A stretch of DNA of 64,000 bases. Source: Nitrospirota bacterium (GTDB lineage: Bacteria; Nitrospirota; UBA9217). The notes below the pieces were generated by a model. The model saw only the letters and a program-made list of their open reading frames with translations. It did not search any database and was not told the DNA's origin. Below, piece after piece: positions 29,221 to 38,730 of this stretch (positions within the stretch are counted from its first letter, which is position 1; each line of letters opens with the position of its first letter). The position numbers were made by a program, and so were the translations under genes. Where the stretch lies: contig CAVTRN010000002.1 of assembly GCA_963737155.1 (NCBI GenBank), positions 2,080,001 to 2,144,000 of the forward strand. The letters run 5' to 3'.

Positions 29221-30579
29221 CCGTCATTCGTGTTTAAGTTGAAAGCCTTGGGTTAAGCAGTCCGCAATGCTGGTGGATCTTGAGTAAAAAGTACTTTACG
29301 TCTTTATAGCCGTATGCCATGCGCTTTAAACGCTTTATTTTGTTGTTGATGCCCTCGGAGATCGCTGTTGTTATTTTGCAGAGAAAGTAGTTCAGTACAA
29401 AATGCCTTTTCCTAAAGAACTTGAACCCAAGTTCGATGAACGGCGGAATCTTCGAGGTAATGGCTGAAACAATCCACTGGCGGAGATTTTTTTGAGCTGT
29501 GGTGCGGTCAGGCGATGTGTAGATCGTCAGGAACTGGTCTTTGAGCAGCATAGCCTTATAAATGGGGTCATTGAGATCAGCAAGCTTATCAAGGAGATTC
29601 TCTTTCCTCTTTGATGGTTTGTTCTGCATCAGGATAAAGCGTTTGTTGCAATGGAGGAGCGAGGCGAGATCGGTATTCTTCTCCTTCCGGGCTTTGTTCA
29701 GCTCCTCCTTACGCACTGTGTCTACAGCATCGTTTAAGTATTTCTTGACGTGGAAGTGGTCAAGAACGATCAACGCGTTTTTTGCATGTTCCTGGGTGGC
29801 CGACAGAAACCCGCGAGCACCATCACTGGCGACGGCCTCGATGGCGGCGCAGGATTCCTCACCCAGAGCATCATAGAAGGAATCGAGTACGGATTTGCCT
29901 CGGCCATCATGATTCCAGATGACCTTGCGTTTTTCGATGTCCACCACGTTGGTGACATAGTGATGCCACTTTTGCCAGGCTACCTCGTCAACGCTCATAT
30001 ATGTGGGCGAGGGAACCGGCGAAAGCTTTTCCCGGGCAAGTTCTTCGAGGCGCTGCCGGTCGATCCGGTAGACCACCTCGTCATCGAGGCCGAGAAACCA
30101 TCCTGCTTCCTGATTGGTGGTGATGGAAGTAAGACGGTATACCTGTTCGGCAAATCGCTTGGTGAACCGGCCCCTGAGCCAGTCAAGTTCCTCGACCCGT
30201 CTGCTGTCGTCTTCGATGCAGAGGGACTTGCGTTTCGGGATGTGCAAGAACACTCGTTTGCCGCTTATGGGGAGGTCCTCGACGATGATCACTCCTATGC
30301 TGTGTACCGGTGTGTTGTGGACGTGACCGCAACCAGAGCAGACGGCAGGAGTGAATGCGGACTGTTCCAACAACAAATCGAGGCGGTTGTCTGAATGATT
30401 GACCATATGACTCACGTGATAGTTTGGAATTGCAAGCAGTTCTGTGATAGTATGGAGCTGCATCGGATTTTCCTTTCTGAGAAAAGTTTGGTCGGGAAAC
30501 CTAACTTTACCAGAATTGGTTAATCCGATGTCTCTTTTTTACAACACTACGGCATTTTCAACTTTTATACGAAAGAACC
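29221..30579 (-). mobile_element. ISL3-family insertion sequence, complete
   Basis: Imperfect TIRs (GGTTCTTTCGTATAAAAGTTGAAA / CCGTCATTCGTGTTTAAGTTGAAA) flanked by 8-bp duplication TAAATTTA (29213-29220, 30580-30587). Confidence 0.9.
29234..30463 (-). CDS. ISL3-family transposase
   Basis: CSGCG zinc finger, SVDE, ASD, LDHFHV, SEGINNKIKRLKRMAYGY. Confidence 0.95.
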   Translation of the reverse strand: MQLHTITELLAIPNYHVSHMVNHSDNRLDLLLEQSAFTPAVCSGCGHVHNTPVHSIGVIIVEDLPISGKRVFLHIPKRKSLCIEDDSRRVEELDWLRGRFTKRFAEQVYRLTSITTNQEAGWFLGLDDEVVYRIDRQRLEELAREKLSPVPSPTYMSVDEVAWQKWHHYVTNVVDIEKRKVIWNHDGRGKSVLDSFYDALGEESCAAIEAVASDGARGFLSATQEHAKNALIVLDHFHVKKYLNDAVDTVRKEELNKARKEKNTDLASLLHCNKRFILMQNKPSKRKENLLDKLADLNDPIYKAMLLKDQFLTIYTSPDRTTAQKNLRQWIVSAITSKIPPFIELGFKFFRKRHFVLNYFLCKITTAISEGINNKIKRLKRMAYGYKDVKYFLLKIHQHCGLLNPRLST

Positions 30580-30615
30580 TAAATTTATGCCATGATGGAT
30601 TTCAGGAGGGATTCC

Positions 30616-31518
30616 ATGATAAAGTCTTTCGCGATGCGGCTTGTTTATGCGATGCTTCTGGTTACGCTTGTGGCTTGTGGTGGCGGCAAAGAACCCACAG
30701 AGAGCGGGCTGTTTGGTGTTATTTGGTCAGGGACTCAATTTGTGGGAGTGGGAAGCAGCGGTATGATCCGCACCTCCCCCGATGGAGTGTCGTGGACCTC
30801 CCAGAATTCCGGCACAGCGGAGTCACTGCTCAACATTGCATGGTCCGGAACGCAATTTACGGCGGTGGGCAATCATGGGACCATTCTCACTTCTCCTGAC
30901 GGAGTAACGTGGACCACGCAGACCTCGGGAACTATCAGTGACCTCTACGGTGTTGCCTGGTCCGGGTTGCAGTTCGCAACAGTCGGCGATGCCGGTATCA
31001 TTTTTACCTCACCAACAGGAACGCAATGGACTCTGTCGACATCGGGCACTTCCATAAGTCTCTACGGCCTTGCCTGGTCCGGGACACAGTTCGTTGCTGT
31101 CGGGTATGACGGCGTAATCCTTACCTCTCCAGACACCGTTACCTGGACTGTGCGAACTTCGGGCGTTACCGAGCCTCTCGGCGGCATAATCTGGTCCGGG
31201 ACACAGTTTGTGGCGATAGGAAATAATGGCGCTATTCTTACCTCCCCTGATGGAGAGACGTGGACAGAACAAACATCCGGAGTAACAAACGGCCTGAGCG
31301 GGCTTGCGTGGTCCGGGACACAGTTCGTCGCCGTAGGGGACACGGGAACCATCCTTACTTCTCCTGATGCTGTAACATGGACGCTCCGGTCTTCGGGCAC
31401 ATCAATGTCCCTCTTTGGCGTTGCTTGGTCCGGAGCCCAATCTCAGTTTGTAGCGGTGGGATGGTGTAACGTCATCCTCACCTCCCCGGACGGGGTAACG
31501 TGGACAAAACATTCTTAG
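30616..31518 (+). CDS. Seven-bladed beta-propeller lipoprotein (BNR/Asp-box-like repeats)
   Basis: AGGAGG RBS; lipobox LVA-C; seven 39-aa repeats L.G.AWSGTQFVAVG..G.ILTSPDG.TWT..TSG. Confidence 0.88.
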   Translation: MIKSFAMRLVYAMLLVTLVACGGGKEPTESGLFGVIWSGTQFVGVGSSGMIRTSPDGVSWTSQNSGTAESLLNIAWSGTQFTAVGNHGTILTSPDGVTWTTQTSGTISDLYGVAWSGLQFATVGDAGIIFTSPTGTQWTLSTSGTSISLYGLAWSGTQFVAVGYDGVILTSPDTVTWTVRTSGVTEPLGGIIWSGTQFVAIGNNGAILTSPDGETWTEQTSGVTNGLSGLAWSGTQFVAVGDTGTILTSPDAVTWTLRSSGTSMSLFGVAWSGAQSQFVAVGWCNVILTSPDGVTWTKHS

Positions 31519-31557
31519 GTCTTTGCGTGGAGCGCGACCGGCGTTGAGTGCACAAGA

Positions 31558-31695
31558 GTGAATTACCCCGCAGCAAGCTGCGGGGCATCGGAACTTGAAA
31601 CCTTAAAAAAGCACAACAAAGAAGCTGAAGACTTATCCTGGCTTCGCCAGGATGTCCTTTTCATCCCAGCAGCAAGCTGCTGGGTATTTCAGGAC
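31558..31695. mobile_element. Miniature non-autonomous IS200/IS605-type element (palindrome-associated)
   Basis: Two related subterminal hairpins, CCCCGCAGC-aa-GCTGCGGGG and CCCAGCAGC-aa-GCTGCTGGG, ~100 bp apart with no transposase between them. Confidence 0.65.
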
Positions 31696-31893
31696 TGTTT
31701 TATAAATTTTAGTATGATCTATGCTCTCATACATAAGAACTTTTATTGCTTGGCATGATGATAATTGAAGATCACCCTTAATTTTTTCCCCTCGTATTCA
31801 TTAACCGCCTCATAGTAAAGTGATATATTTATGTGAGTAAAACTGTTTTCAAAATGCACTACGAGAAGAAGAATTCGCGTTATTTCACAAAAC

Positions 31894-33268
31894 GGCTCAT
31901 GGCACCCTTCTGTGGGTAAAAGACCACGGATGGAATCGATTCATCCAGGGAGTGCAGGCCTGAATGATCTTCAAATCTAGATAGGCATTGTCTCGATAAC
32001 CGTATGCGCGGCGAATTACATTTCTTGCTTTAGCGTTTGCGGCCTCAATAAATCCAAGCGGCGCTTTATTATCGCAATACGCCAAAATACCATCCAGATG
32101 CTTTTCCACCATACGTGCGAATTTTTGCATCGGCTTCAGTCGACTCCATTTAAGTTGGTCTACCCAACCTCGAAAGAACTTGCGTGCCCATGTTATTGAT
32201 TCATAGCTCCACAAGTGCCCAAACGTCTCTTTCATCAAATGCGCCTTAAACAATCGCTTATTTGCTCGCAATGCGTCATTCAGCTCTACCCGCGCATTTC
32301 CTCGTACATGGGCTTGACGGGAAAGCAGAATAAATTTTTTCCCCGACAGTCGGCCTTTCATCCATTTCCCGGCCTTTCGGATCTCCTGTACTCGCACAGC
32401 ATTAAGAGCTTTTAGTAAGTGTTGGATAACGTGAAACTTATCGTAAATAATCTGCGCACTCGGACAGTGCTTGCGGACACTGTTGCGGAACGGCTTCCAC
32501 ATGTCCATTACTGCATGGGTGATTATATGAGCACGCTCTTTGCCAAACCACTTCCAGAACTTGCTCAAGTTGCGTTCTTTTCGCCCTTTCCCCACAAACA
32601 GCATCTCGGGACCACGAGGTCCATCCAGAGCGCTTATCATGTGCTTATACTTATGTCCCTTGCCCTTTCCATGGGAAAGTTCATCCATGCCCAATACGTT
32701 TATGCCGTCCAGAGGGCGGTTTGCCTGCTCTTCCTGTAACGCCTGTTTATCAATCGCCTTGACCGTATGTCGGTGCAGCATCAGGATATCGCCCACGGCC
32801 TTGACCGTTGTCACTTTGCACAATTCCTTGGTTACATGCGCCAATTCTGCGGTGACCCGCGGTCCTCGGACATCTACAAAATCAAGAGGTTCCGATAAAA
32901 TCCCGCACGCTTTACAGTTGCCGCGGTAGCGCTCGAATCGGATAAATGTTGGGGTACTCCAAAACAGTAAATGGCGGACCTCAAATTCCTTGCTGTCGTA
33001 TCCACCGATGTCTATCACACCACACTTCGCGCATGTATGAGTTTCATGATCCCGAGCTATCGTAACAATGACGGATATACGTTCCTTTCGGTATCCTATA
33101 TCAAACTCCGTCACATGATGCCCTTGAATTCCTAATAAGCGTGTGAGATAATCTAAATGCATCCGGAAGGCCCCTCCTTGCTTAATGATTGCGAGTCATT
33201 TGCAAGAAGTTAACGCTTTCCGGGTGTCTTTTCAACGCATTTCAGCCCATAGTATCGTGCCAAGAGCC
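31894..33268 (-). mobile_element. ISL3-family insertion sequence, complete (second type)
   Basis: TIRs GGCTCATGGCAC..TGGG / GGCTCTTGGCAC..TGGG; 8-bp duplication CACAAAAC at 31886-31893 and 33269-33276. Confidence 0.92.
31897..33162 (-). CDS. ISL3-family transposase
   Basis: CAKCG..CKACG zinc finger, GMDE, MDMWKPF, YDKFHV, EAAN..RRAYGYRD. Confidence 0.95.
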   Translation of the reverse strand: MHLDYLTRLLGIQGHHVTEFDIGYRKERISVIVTIARDHETHTCAKCGVIDIGGYDSKEFEVRHLLFWSTPTFIRFERYRGNCKACGILSEPLDFVDVRGPRVTAELAHVTKELCKVTTVKAVGDILMLHRHTVKAIDKQALQEEQANRPLDGINVLGMDELSHGKGKGHKYKHMISALDGPRGPEMLFVGKGRKERNLSKFWKWFGKERAHIITHAVMDMWKPFRNSVRKHCPSAQIIYDKFHVIQHLLKALNAVRVQEIRKAGKWMKGRLSGKKFILLSRQAHVRGNARVELNDALRANKRLFKAHLMKETFGHLWSYESITWARKFFRGWVDQLKWSRLKPMQKFARMVEKHLDGILAYCDNKAPLGFIEAANAKARNVIRRAYGYRDNAYLDLKIIQACTPWMNRFHPWSFTHRRVP

Positions 33269-33512
33269 CACAAAACTTACCACCGTCTAGACTGCACCTA
33301 TGAGACGATACCCCGATTCACCGATAAAAGCGAATAGAATAATTGTCATTAATCCCCCCTGCCGAGAATGGAGCTAGGCCTGTCAAAACAGTTCGAGTTA
33401 CAATAAACATTTTTGAATTTACACAGCCCTCGGCTATGCAAGTCAGGGCTTTTTACCCGAGTACCACGTCTTTCTGTTCCACATTCCTCCTTCCAAATGA
33501 TGCCCAGTTAGT

Positions 33513-36179
33513 CTACTCAGGGTTCGGACCAACTGTAATCTGAACAAAGTCTTTAGGCCGAATCCATTTGGCAAAAGCATCGCGCACCTGCTCCGCCGTG
33601 GTCTTCAGGTATTGGCCAGCGGCCTGGACAGACTCGTCGAGCGGCAGATCTGCGAGCGAACGGGAAAGCAGCATGCCGGCGATGCCGTCCATGCTCGCTT
33701 CGTCTAGTGATACCTGTCTTACGAGAAGCGCCTTGGCGCGCTGTAGTTCTTCCTGCGTGACCGGTGTCGTCTGCATCTCGCGCAGGTTACGCTCCACCAT
33801 TGCCCGTGCTTTGGATTCATTGGGTGGGTCGCAAGCATAGACCACGCTCAAGAGGGATCTTTTCTTTTCTGCCTCGATGACGGATTCAACCGTATAGACC
33901 AAGCCAGCTTTCTCGCGAAGGTCGCGATACAGTCTCGTTGCATAGAATGCGCCGGATAGCACGTGGTTACCAAGCTGAAGTTTATAATAGTCAGGGTGGG
34001 AACGCGTCACCCCGATCGTCTCAGCAAGTGTAACCTGGTCTTGGACACTGTTCGCGTCGGGAATGAGGGACTGCGATGGCCTGTTCGGCGGCACCGGAGG
34101 GAGATCCGTTGGGGGCTTTTCGCCCGCTGCCATCCAGGTGCCGAAATATTTTTCAACTGCAGCCCGTGCACGCTCAGGCGTAACATTGCCGAGCACTACG
34201 ATAGTCGTCATGTCGGGTCGAAAAACCTTTGTATAATAGGCCTTAACGTCCTGCAACGAGAGAGCTGCCACGGACTCCGGTGTGGCGTCGCGGAGCGCCG
34301 GATCGTCCTTGGGATAGAGCGCATCGCGCAGCGCCCGTGTCAAAAGATAGGATGGACTCTGTAGCTGCCCCCGGAGGGAGCTGATGGTTTCTTGCCGTGT
34401 CACCGCGAATGCTGATTCGGGCAGCGCCGGGTGAAGAAGGTTTTCTGAAAGAAGTTCCATCCCGCGCTCGAAACGGTCCGACAGGACTCTAAGGGAGAAC
34501 GCTGTGCCAGCTGATATATCCGCTGCAATATCATCCTGGGCCTTCTGAAAAGCGAGTCGGTCAAGGGACGTTGTCCCATATGAGAAAAGGCTCTCCAGCA
34601 CGCCCGAAACACCTTCCTTGCCCATCGGCTCCTCGAGATCATCGTTGTTTTTTACCTCCCCAACAACGCTTACCGCGCGACTAATACTCTCCTGCTGGAT
34701 AATCAGGCGGATCCCATTCGGAAGCTTGGTCACGATCGGGTTTACCTTCGATGTTGGTAGAGTGGGCACTGCCTCTGCTTTTTTGGCCCAGACTGGCAAT
34801 TCCACCGGTTTTGTTTCACTCGGCGTAAAAGCTTCCTTGCCCCCAAAGCCCTTCAAAACCACGGGCTTACCCGAAGGACGCGATGTGAGAACAGCCGTAA
34901 TGGCCGTATCATTAACCAGATACTGTCTAGCTATGCGAATCACGTCCTCTACGGTCACCTTCTTGATTGCAATGATGTTGTCTTCAGGAGAGCTACGGCC
35001 CTCGATTGCGACGGCATCGGACCATGCAGATGCGAGCTCTGAAACTGAATTCTTCTGGAATTCCGCTTCTGCTATCTCTTGGCGCTTGGCTGCTTCGACG
35101 AGGTCAGCCGGCACGCCATTCTTAATATAGCCGGCAATGATGTTCTTTATCACGCTCACGAGCGCCGTTCCATCCCCTCCCTGGGGAAACGAAGCAAGAG
35201 CATAGCCGTAAGCCGCTTTGGGCAGAGCGTCTCCTTCAAAGCTGGTAAAGAGCGCTTTCCCCTCGGGGACCAAGGCGTAGAGATTTCCCCTCTTGCTATC
35301 GAGCACGTCAGCGAGGATCGTTCCTGCAGCGAAATCAGGGTTGCCATATCCGGGCAGGCGATAGGCCACGACCGCAAGATCGTAGGGAAGATCTGTCTCA
35401 AAAGCAATAGATCCCGCCTTGAGTGGTTGAAGATTAATTGTTGGTCTTGCAGGCAGAGACCGCCTAGGGATCGACTCGAACAGTTCCTTCACTTTGGCCA
35501 GAGTTTTCTGGAGATCTACGTCGCCTACAATGACAAGAACCGCATTGTTTGGAACGTACCAAGCATCATGGAACTGCTTCAGCATGGCAGCCGTGGTCTT
35601 CTGGAACGAGGGACGCGTACCGAGCGCGTCATGAGCATAAGGCGTTTTCGAGAACATTTGCTCTAAAAGCTGCACGGAAAAAAGATAATCCGGGCTGGAC
35701 ATGTCCTCTGCCACCTCCTGCTCGATCGCTCCCCGTTCCTGTTCCCACAGCTCCTGAGAATCGAGTACGTCGCGCATGCGCACAGCCTCCACGTGCAGGG
35801 CCACGTCCAGTTCGTCTTTCGGCACGGTCAAATAATACCGGGTCACAGTCTGCTGAGTTTCGGCGTTAAACTCGCCACCCATTAGCGCCATGATATTCGC
35901 GAGTTGAGCCGCAGACAGCCCCGGGCTTCCTCGAAACATCATGTGTTCCTGCGCATGGGCCATTCCCGGAAACCCCTCTGGAGCTTCATCAGAACCGACG
36001 AGATAGTTCATCTCCGTAGTCACCACCGGCGCCAGCGGGTTTTCTACGATTACCACATACAGGCCATTCGCAAGCGTTGCGCGGAGAACGTCTCCGTTCG
36101 CACCAAACGATTTTGGTGACATAACGAGCAGAAATAATATCATGACAAATAAAAGGATGGGGGACTTGCGAGTTATCAT
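33513..36179 (-). CDS. Exported M16 (pitrilysin-like) zinc peptidase, two-domain fused form
   Basis: Signal peptide, TLANGL, GMAHAQEHMMFRG (HxxEH), second KLPNGI repeat. Confidence 0.92.
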   Translation of the reverse strand: MITRKSPILLFVMILFLLVMSPKSFGANGDVLRATLANGLYVVIVENPLAPVVTTEMNYLVGSDEAPEGFPGMAHAQEHMMFRGSPGLSAAQLANIMALMGGEFNAETQQTVTRYYLTVPKDELDVALHVEAVRMRDVLDSQELWEQERGAIEQEVAEDMSSPDYLFSVQLLEQMFSKTPYAHDALGTRPSFQKTTAAMLKQFHDAWYVPNNAVLVIVGDVDLQKTLAKVKELFESIPRRSLPARPTINLQPLKAGSIAFETDLPYDLAVVAYRLPGYGNPDFAAGTILADVLDSKRGNLYALVPEGKALFTSFEGDALPKAAYGYALASFPQGGDGTALVSVIKNIIAGYIKNGVPADLVEAAKRQEIAEAEFQKNSVSELASAWSDAVAIEGRSSPEDNIIAIKKVTVEDVIRIARQYLVNDTAITAVLTSRPSGKPVVLKGFGGKEAFTPSETKPVELPVWAKKAEAVPTLPTSKVNPIVTKLPNGIRLIIQQESISRAVSVVGEVKNNDDLEEPMGKEGVSGVLESLFSYGTTSLDRLAFQKAQDDIAADISAGTAFSLRVLSDRFERGMELLSENLLHPALPESAFAVTRQETISSLRGQLQSPSYLLTRALRDALYPKDDPALRDATPESVAALSLQDVKAYYTKVFRPDMTTIVVLGNVTPERARAAVEKYFGTWMAAGEKPPTDLPPVPPNRPSQSLIPDANSVQDQVTLAETIGVTRSHPDYYKLQLGNHVLSGAFYATRLYRDLREKAGLVYTVESVIEAEKKRSLLSVVYACDPPNESKARAMVERNLREMQTTPVTQEELQRAKALLVRQVSLDEASMDGIAGMLLSRSLADLPLDESVQAAGQYLKTTAEQVRDAFAKWIRPKDFVQITVGPNPE

Positions 36180-36572
36180 AACAATCTCCGCGAGGAATGT
36201 AGAATGCAATCGCTGGTATTATTTTTTTTAATCATCGCTGATTTCCATATAAAGTCTTTAATTTAATACTTCAATAACGCTTCGACGTTGCCATCGCTGC
36301 CACAATTGTCGACGACAAATATTTCGGATGAAACCTTTTGCACTGTCAGGAATATCAAATCATAACAATCGGGCAGAAGCTATTTCGTATTCCAGTTTAT
36401 AATGATTGTAGAAATATCGCTGGCTTATTGTCAGAGCCTTTTATCAATCCGTGCCTCCAAAAGGCAAGAAACACCCATATGCACGTCTAGCGCCACCTGG
36501 CCGAGAAAGCAGATCTTGTTGGACATCTTGCAATTCAATCAAATCCATGAGAGGGCCGCTCCTCCACCAACG

Positions 36573-37973
36573 TCAGTGTCCGCCGCCAGAACCGCCAGGC
36601 CCTCCTTGGCCCTGTGGCTGCCCGTGGTGGAACGGATTTTGAGGCGTAAAGGGACTCCGTTCCTCCTCGGTCGGGCCCTTTGCGGTTTCCCGCGTGCGTT
36701 CGCCGACAACGACACGTACTCCTTCCGTCAAACCATTACTTTCGACCTCAGTCACCATGCCGTCCGACAATCCGACGTTCACATCGACGGGCCGGACGAA
36801 CTTGCCTTGCTCGATCCAGATGATTCCGTGCGTTTGTGGCGCACCACCAGCGCCAGGCCCACCACCGCTTTCGCGGTTCGAGGAACCCCCGTAAAGGTGA
36901 TGAGACGCTAGCTGGGGCCCTGGAGCGATCTGGTCGGGCCGTGGCGACCAATGTAGCGCCTCATTAGGCACAAGCAACACGTCTTGTAAGCGTCCGATCT
37001 TGAACTGCGCGTTGGCTGTCAGGAAGGGCAACAGTTTGCCGTCATCGTTGGGGGTGTTTACCTCAACGGTGTAAGTGACGACATTCTGCGCCATCGTCGC
37101 GTTGAGCCGAATTTTACCTACGCGTCCTTCAAATGTCTGGTTGGGATAAGCATCAACAGTAAACGTTACTGGCTGGTCTTTAGCAATGCTGCCTATGTCG
37201 GCTTCGTTGACCGATGCCCAAACCTGGACGCGCTTGAGGTTTGTCGCTATAAGGAACAGACTCGGCGCGCTGAAGCTGGAAACCACAGTCTGGCCGAGTG
37301 TGACTTGCCGGTCAATAATCACACCTTTAACCGGTGACTTGACGGTACAGTAATCGAGATTGATCTTCGCACTGGTGAAGCTGGCCTTCGCCTGCGCGAT
37401 GGCAGCGATCGCTTGCTTCACGGCAGCCATGGCCGCCGCCAAGTTGGCCTTCGCGGTCTCGTAAGTGGCTTGGTACTGGTCATAGGTGGTCTGCGCCAAC
37501 GCGTCGGATGGACCAAGCTTCTGCGCTCGAGTCCAATCATTTTGGGCCTCCACCAGCTTCGCTTTCATCTGAAGCACATTGGAGTCGGCAACGATCTTGT
37601 TGGCTTCGGACTGCCGCAATTGGGCCTTGGCGGCATTCAGAGCGGCGACATAGAGTGAATCATCAATTTTCGCAAGCACTGTTCCCTTCTCTACGGCTGA
37701 ACCATAATCAATGGCCTTCCCAGACTTGTCTATGCCGAAGGACATAATAATCCCGCCAACCTGAGCGCCCACGTCTACTATTTGAACCGGTTCCACCGTG
37801 CCCGAAGCGCTAATCGTGGCTACTACGTCTCCTCGTTTAACCGATTCGGTTCGGAATGTCGGCTCCTTGTTCCCTTTGGACCGGAACCACCAACCAGCGA
37901 TGCCCATCACGGCAAGCACCCCAACTAATGAAATTATGATTCCGACTCTCCGCGGCATGATTTTCAGCATCAT
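36573..37973 (-). CDS. MacA-like efflux periplasmic adaptor subunit
   Basis: N-terminal TM, ASGTVEP..VDVGAQVGG, coiled coil, VKSPVKGVI..GQTV, VNEADIG, LLVPNEAL, Gly-rich tail. Confidence 0.9.
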   Translation of the reverse strand: MMLKIMPRRVGIIISLVGVLAVMGIAGWWFRSKGNKEPTFRTESVKRGDVVATISASGTVEPVQIVDVGAQVGGIIMSFGIDKSGKAIDYGSAVEKGTVLAKIDDSLYVAALNAAKAQLRQSEANKIVADSNVLQMKAKLVEAQNDWTRAQKLGPSDALAQTTYDQYQATYETAKANLAAAMAAVKQAIAAIAQAKASFTSAKINLDYCTVKSPVKGVIIDRQVTLGQTVVSSFSAPSLFLIATNLKRVQVWASVNEADIGSIAKDQPVTFTVDAYPNQTFEGRVGKIRLNATMAQNVVTYTVEVNTPNDDGKLLPFLTANAQFKIGRLQDVLLVPNEALHWSPRPDQIAPGPQLASHHLYGGSSNRESGGGPGAGGAPQTHGIIWIEQGKFVRPVDVNVGLSDGMVTEVESNGLTEGVRVVVGERTRETAKGPTEEERSPFTPQNPFHHGQPQGQGGPGGSGGGH

Positions 37974-38056
37974 TTCCTCTCCGGATTATAACTTATTCGC
38001 CTTCCGTCAGACTGCTCGCTCGCCGAGTTTAATATACTAAATATTTTTGCCATGGT

Positions 38057-38081
38057 GTAACAAGTTGTAACGTTTCGTAAA
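38057..38081. promoter_or_regulatory. Triple GTAA(C/A)-N5 direct repeat (CpxR/OmpR-family-like site)
   Basis: GTAAC-aagtt-GTAAC-gtttc-GTAAA, ~85 bp upstream of the adaptor gene. Confidence 0.5.
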
Positions 38082-38730
38082 GGCAATACTCTATGTAGAG
38101 TCACGCATTGAAGGGTGGCCATTCGGGCTGTTTAAGTGATAAAGGCGTCGGAGCAACGATTAGTGCTGCGAAAAGGCTTTTCGCTGGCGCGGCCTTAGGT
38201 GCCAACTCGGGTCAGGTTTATGGACTGAAGGCGTAATGTCGATATGATTTATGATACCAGCAAGACATATATGTATGCCAACGGGAACATTGTCCAAGAG
38301 AAATATAATCCTATCGTGCTCAGAGATCCCCGCAACCACTTTTCCCCCTTCGGGCACGGATTCCAATTCTCCCACATTCAGTATCTCCGATATAAAATTG
38401 TCCCCAAACCTGGGTTGTACATACTTATTTTGACAACGGTGATGATAAAAGGTTTAAATACCCTTGATTTAAGGTCTAACATATATGTGTTCAGGAAACA
38501 AACAGAATCTAATCCCAAGAGTCAATGCAGCAAGACATGATATATAATCATTTGGTGATTCGATGATGTCGCATGGCATTTTATGGCACGCTATCTAATA
38601 TATTAATAGAATTCGGGCGCATTTACGAAAAACTTCTGCGAATTCGTGAGATTTTTTTGTGCCTTTCCATGCGCTAGCTTCATAACGAAACGCTATGAAC
38701 AATCCATCAAAATTCATCCGAAAAATGATC

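Noticed and set aside
30700-31510. 117-bp DNA repeats as a non-coding array
   Set aside because: They are the in-frame beta-propeller blades.
29221-33268. Composite transposon formed by two ISL3 elements around the propeller gene
   Set aside because: The two IS differ in sequence and TIRs, and each has its own 8-bp target duplication, so they are independent insertions.
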